A DNA stretch of 58,443 bases, the filler included, from Sluysia triapertura (lineage: Eukaryota): NCBI GenBank assembly GCA_046118255.1. It is 5 parts of 5 records of this genome, joined end to end, with 100 filler letters (N's around TTAATTAATTAA, not from the genome) between each part and the next. Parts side by side here need not be neighbours in the genome. Positions count along the whole stretch, not along the records: positions 12,832 to 24,420 come from JBJNIA010183091.1; 4 more parts are not named here. One strand, 5' to 3'. The notes below the pieces were generated by a model. The model was not told where the DNA came from, ran no database searches, and was given only the letters and a program-made list of their open reading frames with translations. Positions 12,832 to 23,783 of this stretch are shown here, piece after piece. Every line of letters begins with the position of its first letter. Position 1 is the first letter of the stretch. A program made the position numbers and the translations under genes.

Positions 12832-15120
12832 ATCGGCATTATTGCGCAATTATGATTTTATATTTCACACGTATTCCTTATTTCACTGCCATTTGCGCCA
12901 TTACCATTTGCTTTATCTCTCATTCACTCCACTGCTTGATATGTAAACTACTGCGAAATTTCTACATCTTTAAGAGTACAACCTTCAAGCCTCACGTTTG
13001 CTGCTCTTATTTAGCCCACTATATCAATCTTTAGTTACATAATGCAACAAGATCCTCTTGTAAGCTCTCAACATGATGAAGTGTAAGAACTGGTCTTCGT
13101 TGGGTAATTTTTATTACTCAACCTACCGTTCCTTACAAACAGTTGGCTCTTTACTCAACTTGGTCACTGCCTCGGCTGCTCATGGAACAATTGCTGATTT
13201 TTTAAAGAATACTCCGCGTGAGAATGTTCGGCCCAGTGGCGGGGGGGCCAGAAGATCATATTATTCGACTCGTCTCGAGCAATCCCTTGAGGAACTACTT
13301 GGGGCCCTACACCACACCACCCCCAAAAGGCAGCATGGTCAGCGCTCCTCTGCCAGAGAAGTTAAGAGAGTGAGTGAGTGTAGGAACTCCTCTTTGTTTC
13401 CAGTCAGCAGGTGAACCCGCTTCACAGAAGTCTATGAAATCAGCAGTTCCCAAACGATCACAATGGAACCTTTACTCCGCGTGTTCACGCTGGATCCAGT
13501 AGCGGAGGGATCCGAAGATCTCGTTCAATGAACGATTCAATCCAAACTAGGCAGGTGGACCTGCCAATCTACAGATGGTCAAGTGTACCACCTACGCGAA
13601 ACTGAAACTCCACGCGTACATGTTGAACCTAGTCGCGGAGGGGTTCGAAAATGGTCACCAACTATCGAAAACCGGACAGTTGAAAATGACAATGCTGGAA
13701 ATCAGAAACTTGGTAACCACAAAGTCAAAACTCCGCTGGTACACGCTAAACCTAGTCGCGGAGGGGTTCGAAGCATAAACAAAAACCCACAATCATTGGC
13801 CAATGAGAAAAATGGAGAACAAAGCATCAAGAAAAGGAAAGTGAGATGCCCAGTAGCGCAGGGGCTCGAAGATCGCAGCAGCACGCAGCACGGAAATCTC
13901 AAAATGAAAATCTAAAGGATAGTATTTGTTCTCTATGCCAAAAATATTTAAAATCACCTTTTTTAAACTTTCTAAATATCTCAATCCAAGTTAGGGGTTA
14001 TTGTTGCAACTTTTTTCACTTTAACACTTTCTTTCAATACTTACTACGGACCGAAATGTTATTGACTTGCGAAACTTTCTGCATTATAATACTTTTCTTT
14101 CCTCTTCTCATAATTTCCGAACCCCATTCCCTCCTTTTTGTAAGCATGTACTTAAGCCGCATCAATAACGAATTTAAAATTCTCTATGGTCATTCTGACT
14201 TTTCACATCTTCATCTCAAAGCTCCTCCTATTTCGAAACGACCTGTAAAGGCTACTACAGATATCATCTTGGAGACTCAAAAACCAATCAATGACTTTCT
14301 GGAAGGACTTCAGTTACTTTTCGATGAGAACTCCCTCTTGCCTCTACAGACTCCAAACTTCTTAAGTTTAAGTTTAATACTACTAATTATAATGCTACTA
14401 CCGTCACCGCTACTGCCACTAGTACTGCCATACCTGATGTCTGTCATCCGAAGTACCTGATGACATTGACCGGTTCGTTAAGTCTCAATAATTAACTTCT
14501 GACTTTTACTTCATTTCTGACTTCGCCAATGAGCCCTTGTATTTTGGTTCGGTCCGGTAGCGGAGGAACTAGAAGATATCCTGTAAATAATACTCAGCAT
14601 GCCAGGCCCAGTTGCAGAAGATCTGTTTATCCAATAGTGCAGAAACTCCGTGGGTACACGTTGTACCCAGTCTCGGAGGGGTCCGACGATCTCATGGTTT
14701 CTACAACCCAAACCAACTCCTACGACTGCGGTCCTCTTCTTTACGGATATATCAGACGCATCTCCTCTCAGAGGTCTTGCACTCGACTAACTGCTGCCAA
14801 CATTCGCTCTTACATCAAATCTCTTCGTCCTGAAAAACGCCTGATCGGGGCAGGTAAAATCTCTTCTACTCTTTTCTACCATTTCTACTTCTGTCACTAT
14901 GATGACAAGTATTCAGAATGACTATCATAATATGCAGTTGAAGCCTTCCTTCGAGACCAAGTCTGTCTTGACTCTTCCATGAGAATTATAAAACCTATCT
15001 GTTCCATTTCTCTTCTTGCTGGCGATTTATACGGGTTCTATAAATACTTTCCCTTGTCTCACTTCGCGAAGACCCAAAGAGATTTTAAATATACTCCGCG
15101 TGTTTATGATGGACCCAGTT
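12832..15120 (+). mobile_element. Copy A of the Ulp1-protease / pseudoknot-repeat element (rearranged, internally deleted)
   Basis: Repeat units at ~13211, 13474, 13607, 13730, 13846 (partial), 14530-14690 and 15093 (partial). The protease C-terminal part QTNSYDCGPLLYGYIRRISS...EKRLIGAGK aligns with 17836-18954. 12832-12917 matches 17508-17590 in inverted orientation. Confidence 0.7.
14695..15060 (+). pseudogene. Ulp1/C48 protease C-terminal fragment (catalytic Cys motif), zinc fingers deleted
   Basis: QTNSYDCG motif. FYFCHYD is joined directly to DKYSE*, whereas copy B has the zinc-finger segment between them. Confidence 0.75.
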
Positions 15121-17835
15121 AGAAAATTTAAAGATTTAAATTTTCTTCTTCATTATTCTTCTTACTTCTCTTTTGAATCTTTTTCTGATTCTAAAATACT
15201 CTCTAAAATACCTTCCTTTCTCTCAACATCTGTCTAGAATCTCTCGTTCTAAAGTTACTACCTACACCTTAATCTTTCCTTTTCTTGGCACTACTTATTC
15301 TGAAAAATTTACTATCCTTAAATCTGTCAAATTCCCGTCCTCACAAGTCAACAAAAAATAATCGACATCGCTTAAATAAAGATGGAAAAACAAGTAAATA
15401 ATTTTTGTTCCGCCCCACCATCTCAGTCAGCAGTGTCGATGGATTCTCAGAAGAGAAAATATTTTACATGTTGATGAACATTATATGTTCAATATCCAAT
15501 CAATACAAATTAGTTAATTATTTAGAATTATTAAGTATGGGTTATCTGATATCGACCAATATCATGGTAATGTTAAATTATTATAAAATTTATAATTTTA
15601 TATTTAAAATATTGAATATATATTCAATATTCATTTATTTAGATAAATGTTATGAAATATTAAACATTATTTAATATTCAAAAAGATAATGATGAATAAG
15701 AATAAATATAAAATTTATAATTTTATATTTAAAATATAAGTACAAGTTAGATAATGTAATCACGTTGAATTTTAAATTTTATAAAATTGGTAGTGTTGTC
15801 CTGAAATAAGTATTAAAGACGTTAGAATGGCACGTAATTTGCATCCAGATGACCAGCATGCGGTTATATATATTACTCAAGAAGCTGCAATAACAATTTA
15901 AATATCGGTCAGTGGCAAAACCATCACGTGTCGGCAAGGTCTACAAATAACCTAAGATGTAATAATTCTATGTTTTATATGATTAACAATTTTGTCAATA
16001 AATAGAATAACTTTGTATTTTTATATTGTAATTATACTTAATTGATACGTGCCTTAAGCACCATTTTCGTAATCATTATTGTTTACAGATTTATATGGAT
16101 TCTGATAATAGATCAAATTACAAAGTTGATTGTAAAACAATTAATAATAATTTAGTAAAATGATACTTTTAAAGCTAATAAAAATAATACCACAATACTT
16201 ATCTTTATATAAAGCAATCAAAATTGTTTGCACTTACTAAAACTGCTATAGAAAACCTTTCGAAACCTTACTACCTTCTAATAAAATATCAACCCTGCTA
16301 GAAAGCTTAATCGTTCGCTCAGAGATAAATTATTATTGCTTAAAGATAAGGCTTCATTTCATAAAGATTCAATCAATAAAAAACTTCTGCTGGCATACCT
16401 GATCAAATACGCAATGATGTAATAAAAATTACTGATAATTTTAATCAACTTAATAAATTAAATAATGAACTAGTGTGTCATGAATAATTATCGAAAATAA
16501 GTTCAAGCTTTTTTGAATATACAAATGCACAACTAACCAAAATGCAATATATTACATAACATAGAGACTATTATTAAACGTAGGAAAATGTTACTTAATG
16601 TTATACAAAACCCACATTTAACTTTACATACCCTCATATCTTCAATCACATTAAAATATTTGCGATATTTCACAATGCAGCCTTACTACCCAATTTCGAC
16701 ATATTTTATACTTACTGATAGGATAAATCATTAAAAATCATTAAAACCATCACATTTAAAATACATTAAATAATTTATAAAACATTATAAACTTCTTACC
16801 AAAATCTAAGTCTGATATGCTTCCAGAATTCAGTCAACTGAACCATTTTCAATCTTCCATATAAATGACTAAAATCCACTAATTCAGCTCTTAATTTTCT
16901 AAGTCATGTTTATTAATTTATTAGTAATTACTTATAAATTGCAACAATTATTTCGCAATTAACGATAAAAATAATTCAAAATCATATAGAAAAGTAATAC
17001 TTAAAATTCATACATTTAAACAAACGTTATAAAAGTAAATTATACAATTAATTTTTTTAAATAAATTAATTTAGTATCTCTAGTTTATTTATTTTATATT
17101 CAAAATATAATTTTAGAATGACTTAAAAGTGCAGTGAGTTTGCAATGTTTATCAAATAACTGCAAAAAAAATTTTTAAAACAAAATAAATTAATGTTCTA
17201 TCTCTTAATTCTTTAAAATTTTTCTTGTATTTTTAAACTATAACTATTTTCTATTTCGTTGGAAAATAAAGAATAACGAAATAAATTAACAATTTTGTTA
17301 TTGACAAAATTTTACTCGATGTTGTAGTATTATGCACTTAAAAATCTGCGTCGATCATGAAATTTATAAATATTAGCAATTTAATAATTGAAAATTATAT
17401 AAATTATTCACATTATATATAGAATAAAAATTATACAAATGTTGGATTTAGTGAAAGGTGGAGTAGATATGAGTGTTGTAACTTGTATAAAAATAAAAGA
17501 ATATTTATAAAGCAAATGATAATGGCGCAAATGGCACTGAAATAAGGAAAACGTGTGAAATATAAAATCTTAATTCGCAATAATGCTGATTGTAATTGAT
17601 TTAAGTAAATTAGCATTTAACACAATATATACTACTGCCAAAATACGCCAAAGTAGTACAATAAACTTTTGAAAAAATATAGCTAAACTTCCTTCGCGAC
17701 TCTTAAAAGTTGCTCATGTTGGCTACTAAAGTGATTAAAAATTAGAATTATCGAATAGGTGGGTTTTATGATTCTAATAGAATTGTCGGAACAGACCTGG
17801 TCACGAAGAAAAGCCTCAACTGCGTTCACAGATAG

Positions 17836-18954
17836 TCAATCTGATGACTTATCTTGAGTGTTTACTGGAAGATCAACGAGAGAGTCAATTTCAATAGAAA
17901 AGTTGGAGACGGATTGAAAGTGATGGAACAGAGAGCCGATGGAAAGAACTCGGAGACAATGGGAACAAAAGAAGGATGTGTCTGAAGGATTGAGGTCATG
18001 CGAAGCAAGATGGCGAGTTACATTGTTGTTGGTATCCGTAGGAGTAAAAGATTGGCCACAACGGTTAACGTGACAGTACAAAAGACAGTCAGAGTGGCAG
18101 AAATAGAATTGATAAGAAGAGAAGGAAGAAGAAGAAGGTTTGCCAGCTCCGACCAAGCGTTTTTCGGAATAAAGGGCCTTAACAATGAAAAGGATAGAAG
18201 TCGCATTAAAACGAGTGCAATGCCTGTTGGAAGAAAGGCGTTGGATGAATCCACAGAGAAGAGGACCGCAGTCAAAGGAGTTGGTTTGAAGAGAGTGAGT
18301 GCGACCGGCGACGATAGAGTAGGAAGGATGATTGTAAAGTAAGGAGAATTGAGAAAGGATAATGCGGGCCTTATCGGTTCGATAGGGATGAAGATTAGCA
18401 GAAAGAGGATCCATAAGTTCGGCTTTTCCAGTGCATTTGTCAGCAAAGATAAGGTACCAGTGTTTGTTAAGGTTAAGAACAAAGAATATTTTAGTAGCGG
18501 AAAGAACTTTGTAAAGGTCAATAAAGGTATGATAGGTTGGGGATTTGTGAAAAAGAGACTCGGTCGCGAAATCAGGTACAAAGAGAAAGTCTGGAGATAG
18601 ACTGAGACTGTCAACAAAAGTTATGATGTCATCAGACGAGAAAAGATATTGTAGATGGCGAATGTCAGAAGGTTTAGCATTCCTAGAAAGATGAATTTGT
18701 TTAAGTTTCGAAATCTTTGCGTCAATAGTAACAGGGGAATCAAAAAGGTTCAGTGAGGCATAAAAGTCATCGAAAGAAGTTTTAGATGCTGCAGAATCCT
18801 GTTCATCGTTATCAGAATGAGTAGATGACGCAATATAAGTGGAAGGAGGAACAACATCAAGAGGAGGAAGAGCAATGGACTGGATTGATTCAGAAGAAGA
18901 AGGAACATCAGCAATAGTAGGAGTAACTTGATTATTAGAGCCGACGTTTTTCAA
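17836..18954 (-). CDS. Ulp1/SENP-like (C48, clan CE) cysteine protease followed by C2H2-type zinc fingers; part of a longer decayed polyprotein
   Basis: Catalytic motifs in order: IFFVLNLNKHWYL (His), ELMDPL (Asp), QTNSFDCG (Gln/Cys). Then CHVNRCGQSF..VTRHLASH and FFCSHC..LFHH. No introns. A Ser/Pro-rich linker continues upstream to the repeat array. Confidence 0.85.
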   Translation of the reverse strand: MKNVGSNNQVTPTIADVPSSSESIQSIALPPLDVVPPSTYIASSTHSDNDEQDSAASKTSFDDFYASLNLFDSPVTIDAKISKLKQIHLSRNAKPSDIRHLQYLFSSDDIITFVDSLSLSPDFLFVPDFATESLFHKSPTYHTFIDLYKVLSATKIFFVLNLNKHWYLIFADKCTGKAELMDPLSANLHPYRTDKARIILSQFSLLYNHPSYSIVAGRTHSLQTNSFDCGPLLCGFIQRLSSNRHCTRFNATSILFIVKALYSEKRLVGAGKPSSSSFSSYQFYFCHSDCLLYCHVNRCGQSFTPTDTNNNVTRHLASHDLNPSDTSFFCSHCLRVLSIGSLFHHFQSVSNFSIEIDSLVDLPVNTQDKSSD

Positions 18955-19276
18955 GAGTTTTTCCCGAAGTGCAGGGCAGAGTTTCCGAACCGGTGGGAGG
19001 TTTGAAGGAGGAGGTTAGAGTGTAATTTTTGAAGACTTAGGAGCAGAGGATGGAAAAGCAGAAGAAGAACGCCTAAGAAGAGAAGAATGAGATTGACAGA
19101 ATCGAGCAGGGGCATTTTTAGGAATTAAGTAAAAAGAAGAAGTAGCAGAAGTAGAAGCAGGTTTAGGAAGATCATAAGAAATAGTCCTACAAGGAGCAAG
19201 GCTTGGTAGAAGATAGAAGTAAGGTGCAGAAAGAAGCAGAGGAAAGTCAGATTTTGGAAAAATATCTGCAGCGGAT

Positions 19277-19853
19277 CTTCGGGCTCCCCGCTACTGGGCC
19301 CACTAAGCGGAGTATTATTTTTAATAATTGGTTGTTTGGACTTTTTGGATTTTCTAGCCCCTCCGCTACTGGGCCGGACATGCGGAGTATTCTTTAAATC
19401 TGTTTCTGGTTTTCGGTCCCCTCCGCACTGGGACCAGCATTTACCAGCGGAGTATATTTATTTCTAAATTTTCGGGCCCCTCCGCTACCGGGCCGGACAT
19501 GCGGAGTATTCTTTAAAATATCATGCTGCCGGAATCTTCGGTCCTCCCCGCTACTGGGACCAAAATGTACAAGCGGAGTATATTTTTCGAAGCCATAGAG
19601 TTTTCGGACCCCCCGCGAATTGGTCCACTATTTACACGCGGAGTATCTTTATCATGTTGGAATAATCTTCGGGCCCCTCCGCGACTGGGCCGGACATGCG
19701 GAGTATTATTTGACATTAACATGGATCTTCGGACCCCCTCCCGCGAATGGATCCATTATGTACACGCGGAGTATTTTTAACATTTTTAAAATTCTGGAAA
19801 ACTCGAAAATCTCTTCGGGCCCCTCCGCGACTGGGCCGGACATGCGGAGTATT
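19277..19853 (-). repeat. Tandem array of nine GC-rich units, consensus ATACTCCGC-N6/12-GGNCCC-AGTA-GCGGAG-GGGNCC-GAA, with unique AT-rich spacers
   Basis: Unit starts (A of ACT) at 19850, 19772, 19704, 19644, 19579, 19507, 19453, 19388 and 19313. Confidence 0.95.
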
Positions 19854-20749
19854 TTTTGTCACAGGAGCCGAATAAGGTGATCTTCATTTTGCGGGAACGA
19901 ACAAAAGTTTTTACACAATATTAGACCATGCAGTGAGAAAAATAAGAGTTTTCTTACATTTTCAATAAAATATACATACCATCTCGGTTTTACTAATCGT
20001 TTCATCACCGTATCTGGCTCTTAAGGATTAGACCATACAGTGACAAAATAAGAAATATGCAATTAAATACATCATTCTCGTAAGTTATCAGACAACTTTA
20101 AATTTACCTTTATAAGTATTATTTGTGGGCGTTTAAACTGAGTGTTACGACTTCTAATTATGTCAATGGAATAATTACTAATTAGATCTTAATGATATTT
20201 CTTTTTGCAACACTTACTATTCATTTTATTTTTCGAATTCATAGACTTTACTTATTTATAAACGAACTTATTACCATTTTATAAGAACTTAAAGTCGGGT
20301 TGAGAAATTAGGAACACAAATTATTTACATACCTCACCATTTGTGATGGTTTTCCATCCATTTTTAGTCATATGTGATGGTATTAATTTTCACACTAAAA
20401 TAAGCAGTTATATTATAAAAATATTTATTTTAATAGTGTTACTTAATTTACGTAATTATTCTTTATTTACTTATTATATTTTTATTTTTAGCTAGTTAAT
20501 ATTTAGTGATCATGATTTACACAACCTGTTTAATTTGTCTGCGGTCCATACGAAAATTTACAGATTTCGTTTCTTCTGTCTCTATCTTTTGTTTAATACG
20601 TCTCTTTCTCCTTTACCATCATGTCCCCTATGTCTTCACTGTCGAATTCATTTCTGACTCGGAACAGCCAGGGATTGATATTATTCAATCAGTAGGAGGA
20701 GGAAAAATCTTGGTAAGCATGGGTTGGTGAGACCAACCGTTGAGTTTAT

Positions 20750-22053
20750 TGCAGGTCTTACCAAGTCAAAGAAACGTAACAGTCGTAGACGGTACCTCAA
20801 ACACCTTTATAAGACTAATAATTCTAATAATAAGAAACCAATTAACCACTTTTCGAAAAGGAAATAGGACTTTCATAACCTATTACATTTACTTTTAGTA
20901 TATATATATATATATATAATTTTAAAAACTTACGATTTTTATTATTGTTCATAATTTTAGCTCCATTCAAGCTCGTATTTTACAGCAACAGAAAAACTTT
21001 TATATCCATGATGACATGTTCTGTCATAAAGCATTATCCCTGCTTTCTTTTCTAATTCTGTAGAAACTCCCAACAACCTTAAGAGTGAGCTAAATCTTAA
21101 CATGGCTACGCACATTTTTTCAATGAACCCTGATCTACCCCGTATTTCTTTGAATGGTCTTTCGCAAATACCAGACGACATTAACTCTATCTATATAGTT
21201 GTGGCTGGAGGAATTACTAAGGTCTCACTTTTGGAAAAAGGTTTACCCTTCATTACCAGAGTTCACGGGTTTTCCACACTGCACGTTACAAATATTCATA
21301 AATGGTGCAGGATTATAGTTGAAGCTGGTGAGTTCCCTACATCTCTTTACCCTCTTCTTGTTGGAGAACAGTCGTTTTTGCCCAACTTGTATGCCAAAAA
21401 TATTGTTAATCAAGACCAATGGAACAAATGTTCCCTTTTTATCAACCTATGATGAATACCGTTTAACTTTTGTAGCTTTTTCTTACGCCTTCGATTTTCT
21501 TCATAAACCTTATGTCCCCTAATCAAAACAGTTTCATTCAGAAGCTAACATTAAACCTCGCCTCCGAATAAAGAATTTCGTATGGGATAGAAAGGATATA
21601 AAAGATGAAGATATCGCGAAGGCTAAGGATGTAGATGACGTCCGACTTTACTACATTATAAGATATTAGTTTCCTTACATTCTCGTATTATAATTGAAAG
21701 TGCGTTTGCTATTCGGATGGCTTAAAGAGGTCAAAAATATGTCGAACCACTATCTGTTATCTTATGACACAGCTGATCACATTTCGCGTGCTCGACGAAC
21801 TTTTCGTTTACTTTATCCCGTTCCGATACGTATGACATGCACACGTATGACGTTTGAGTTAATATCGCTTTTTGATTACATCAGAAAGACATTGTTTTTA
21901 CCTAGTTGTAATTTATCACCTCCCTCTTTTTTTCCTTTTGTTTCTTCTTCATCTGCTAATTCTACTACTTTGACTACTACAACTTCTCTTTCAGCACCGT
22001 CATCATCATCGACATCAACTAAATTATTACTCACGGGAGACTTTAGTGTGTGA
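20750..22053 (+). pseudogene. Unknown gene family copy 2 (paralog of 299-1858)
   Basis: Exon GLTKSKKRNSRRRYLKHLYK..KPI, an intron ending TTTTAG at 20960, then IQARILQQQKNFY..LKSELNLNMATHIFS... Roughly half of residues are identical to copy 1 by eye. Frameshifts and deletions are present. Confidence 0.75.
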
Positions 22054-23783
22054 TGTACCCTAAGCCAATTTAGTTGTTTAAAGATTTTTTGATGATTGAA
22101 TGTGTTTATAAATTCATGAATTAGAGACGTTATTATAATTTTGGGTTTTGTAATGAATTTAATATTCTTTCTGTAACATTCGTGTTGACGATGTTTTAGA
22201 AGTAAATTTAGTACGCTGTAAGTAATTTTGACGCTGAAAGTAACATGCGGATCACTTAAATCTTTACTAAGGTCCATGAACATATTTTTTGCGTTAGTTG
22301 AGAATTGCCTAAGCCTAATTTTAATTTCTTTTACTAAATTATAGATTTCAAAATTTTTGACAAATTGAAGAGGTTTAGCTTCATAGTAAACAAAAATTTC
22401 AACAAAATTAATTTCTATTAATCTTAATATACATTTAATCATTAATAAATTAAGAGATAAATCTAAAGTTCCTTTTAGATCGTGAATGTCAAAATTAAAC
22501 ATAAATAGATAAATTGATATATATTTGGTTATTAAAAATGTCCTAATCAATTTTAAAATTTCGTTTTCACCTAATTCTTCTTCCTCTGAACTTTCAAGAT
22601 ACGTCACATTTTGTTGTTCTTCACGAATCCATTTAATGGTTCTGTAAACTAAATTAAAACTAAATGAACATGAATTATTTTAGTATAGTACAAATAATTA
22701 AGAAAGAAAACAGCGTTTCCTTGATACATCGATTCACAAATCAATAATGTGCATCTAGATAATCTGCCGGTGTAGAGATAATGCATCGCTGACTTCAGAA
22801 CCTCAGAATTATCGGAATAAATAGAGTTTAACTCTTTTTCGAATGTTCGCATAACAATGTCTGAACGTAGATCGGTTACGTCGTGCAAAATACTAATATC
22901 AACTTGTGGCGGTACTAGAATTATAGTGCAATACTGTGACTTAGTAATAATTCGTAGGATTTGATCATGACTTTCCTTTTTTGATTTGTTTGGAATGGTA
23001 AGTGTATTAATTTCAATTAGAAAATTCCTGTAATACTTCTGAGAAAATTTCATCATATTAAATACTTTATACACATAATTGTTTATCATGGTAAATTCGT
23101 TTAGATACGATATCGTATAGACGTAATATTGACGTAATGATTAAGTAATACCATAATTACTAATGGTTGAACAGAGTAGATTTGGTAAAGAATTAGAGTG
23201 TTTTTGACAATAGTTTGCTGAATCATAGTGACTCCTTTTTTTAGATTGTCATCATTGTGTATATCTGCAGATCCATTTCGAGTAGAATCATTGTCTGGAC
23301 ATCTCAGAAAAGCTAATATTTCGTTGGAGAATATTAGTTCGTTTGAAAACTTTATGTCTACAAAATTGAGGTACCTCATCATTAGCTGCATATGATCCTA
23401 AATAATTATCTTCAAAAAGTGTGCTTGCTAATTTTATCATCATTTCTTGTAATCCTGATCTGCAAATACGATTTATAACATTTATCTTTATAGTTGGATT
23501 TTCGCAAAATATACTTGTATCTTCAAAATAACTAAATCGTAATTTAAAATGTGACTCAGATCGATTCAAACGTTGTACACAATTAAAATACGAAGTCGTT
23601 CAATTTTTTTTGTTTAACTTTACATTTGTCCCGCGATTCGTGAAATCTTTTAAACTCCACAGTATCTAAATTAATTTGAAAAGTACTGCTTTTTAAACTC
23701 TTTACTATGTTTTTTAGATAGCTCAGACAGCGGATATATACGATTACAAAATTGTGATAATTTTTTACTTTGATATATTTCAC
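22050..23783 (-). pseudogene. Long intronless frameshifted coding relic including a divergent BTB/POZ-like segment
   Basis: Five abutting ORFs. YCTIILV...DLRSDIVMRTF...NSEVLKSAMHYLYTGRL resembles the BTB pattern (DV.L.V...LAARS..F..MF...E.F..LL.YLYTG.L). Confidence 0.45.

Larger units (their letters stand above)
17436..19887 (-). mobile_element. Copy B of the Ulp1-protease / pseudoknot-repeat element
   Basis: Candidate ATG at 19887, nine repeats, linker, protease, zinc fingers, UGA-CUA, a continued frame, and a 3' block shared with 12832-12917. No RT or transposase is visible, so mobility is inferred from copy number and the known association of Ulp1 domains with NeSL-type retroelements, MULEs and Helitrons. 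Confidence 0.6.

Noticed and set aside
13198-13254. -1 frameshift site (slippery TTTTTTA/TTTAAAG before the pseudoknot)
   Set aside because: Slippery heptamers and spacing are inconsistent among units and are expected by chance in AT-rich spacers.
17836-17838. Genome-wide UGA=Trp genetic code
   Set aside because: Conserved Trp codons seen elsewhere (protease HW, transposase relic) are TGG, and there is no other supporting site.
19277-19853. CRISPR array
   Set aside because: Eukaryotic context, no cas genes, repeats vary internally, spacer lengths are irregular and phase is codon-constrained.
19277-19853. Canonical twister, HDV-like or hammerhead ribozymes
   Set aside because: There is a superficial twister resemblance (ACUCCGC..GGUCCCA..GGAGGG), but the P4 3' strand and the GA after P2 are missing. 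Some units have an HDV-like UAC-UCCGCGU-GUA and CGAA, but no P1 or P2 pairing. No CUGANGA hammerhead core is present.
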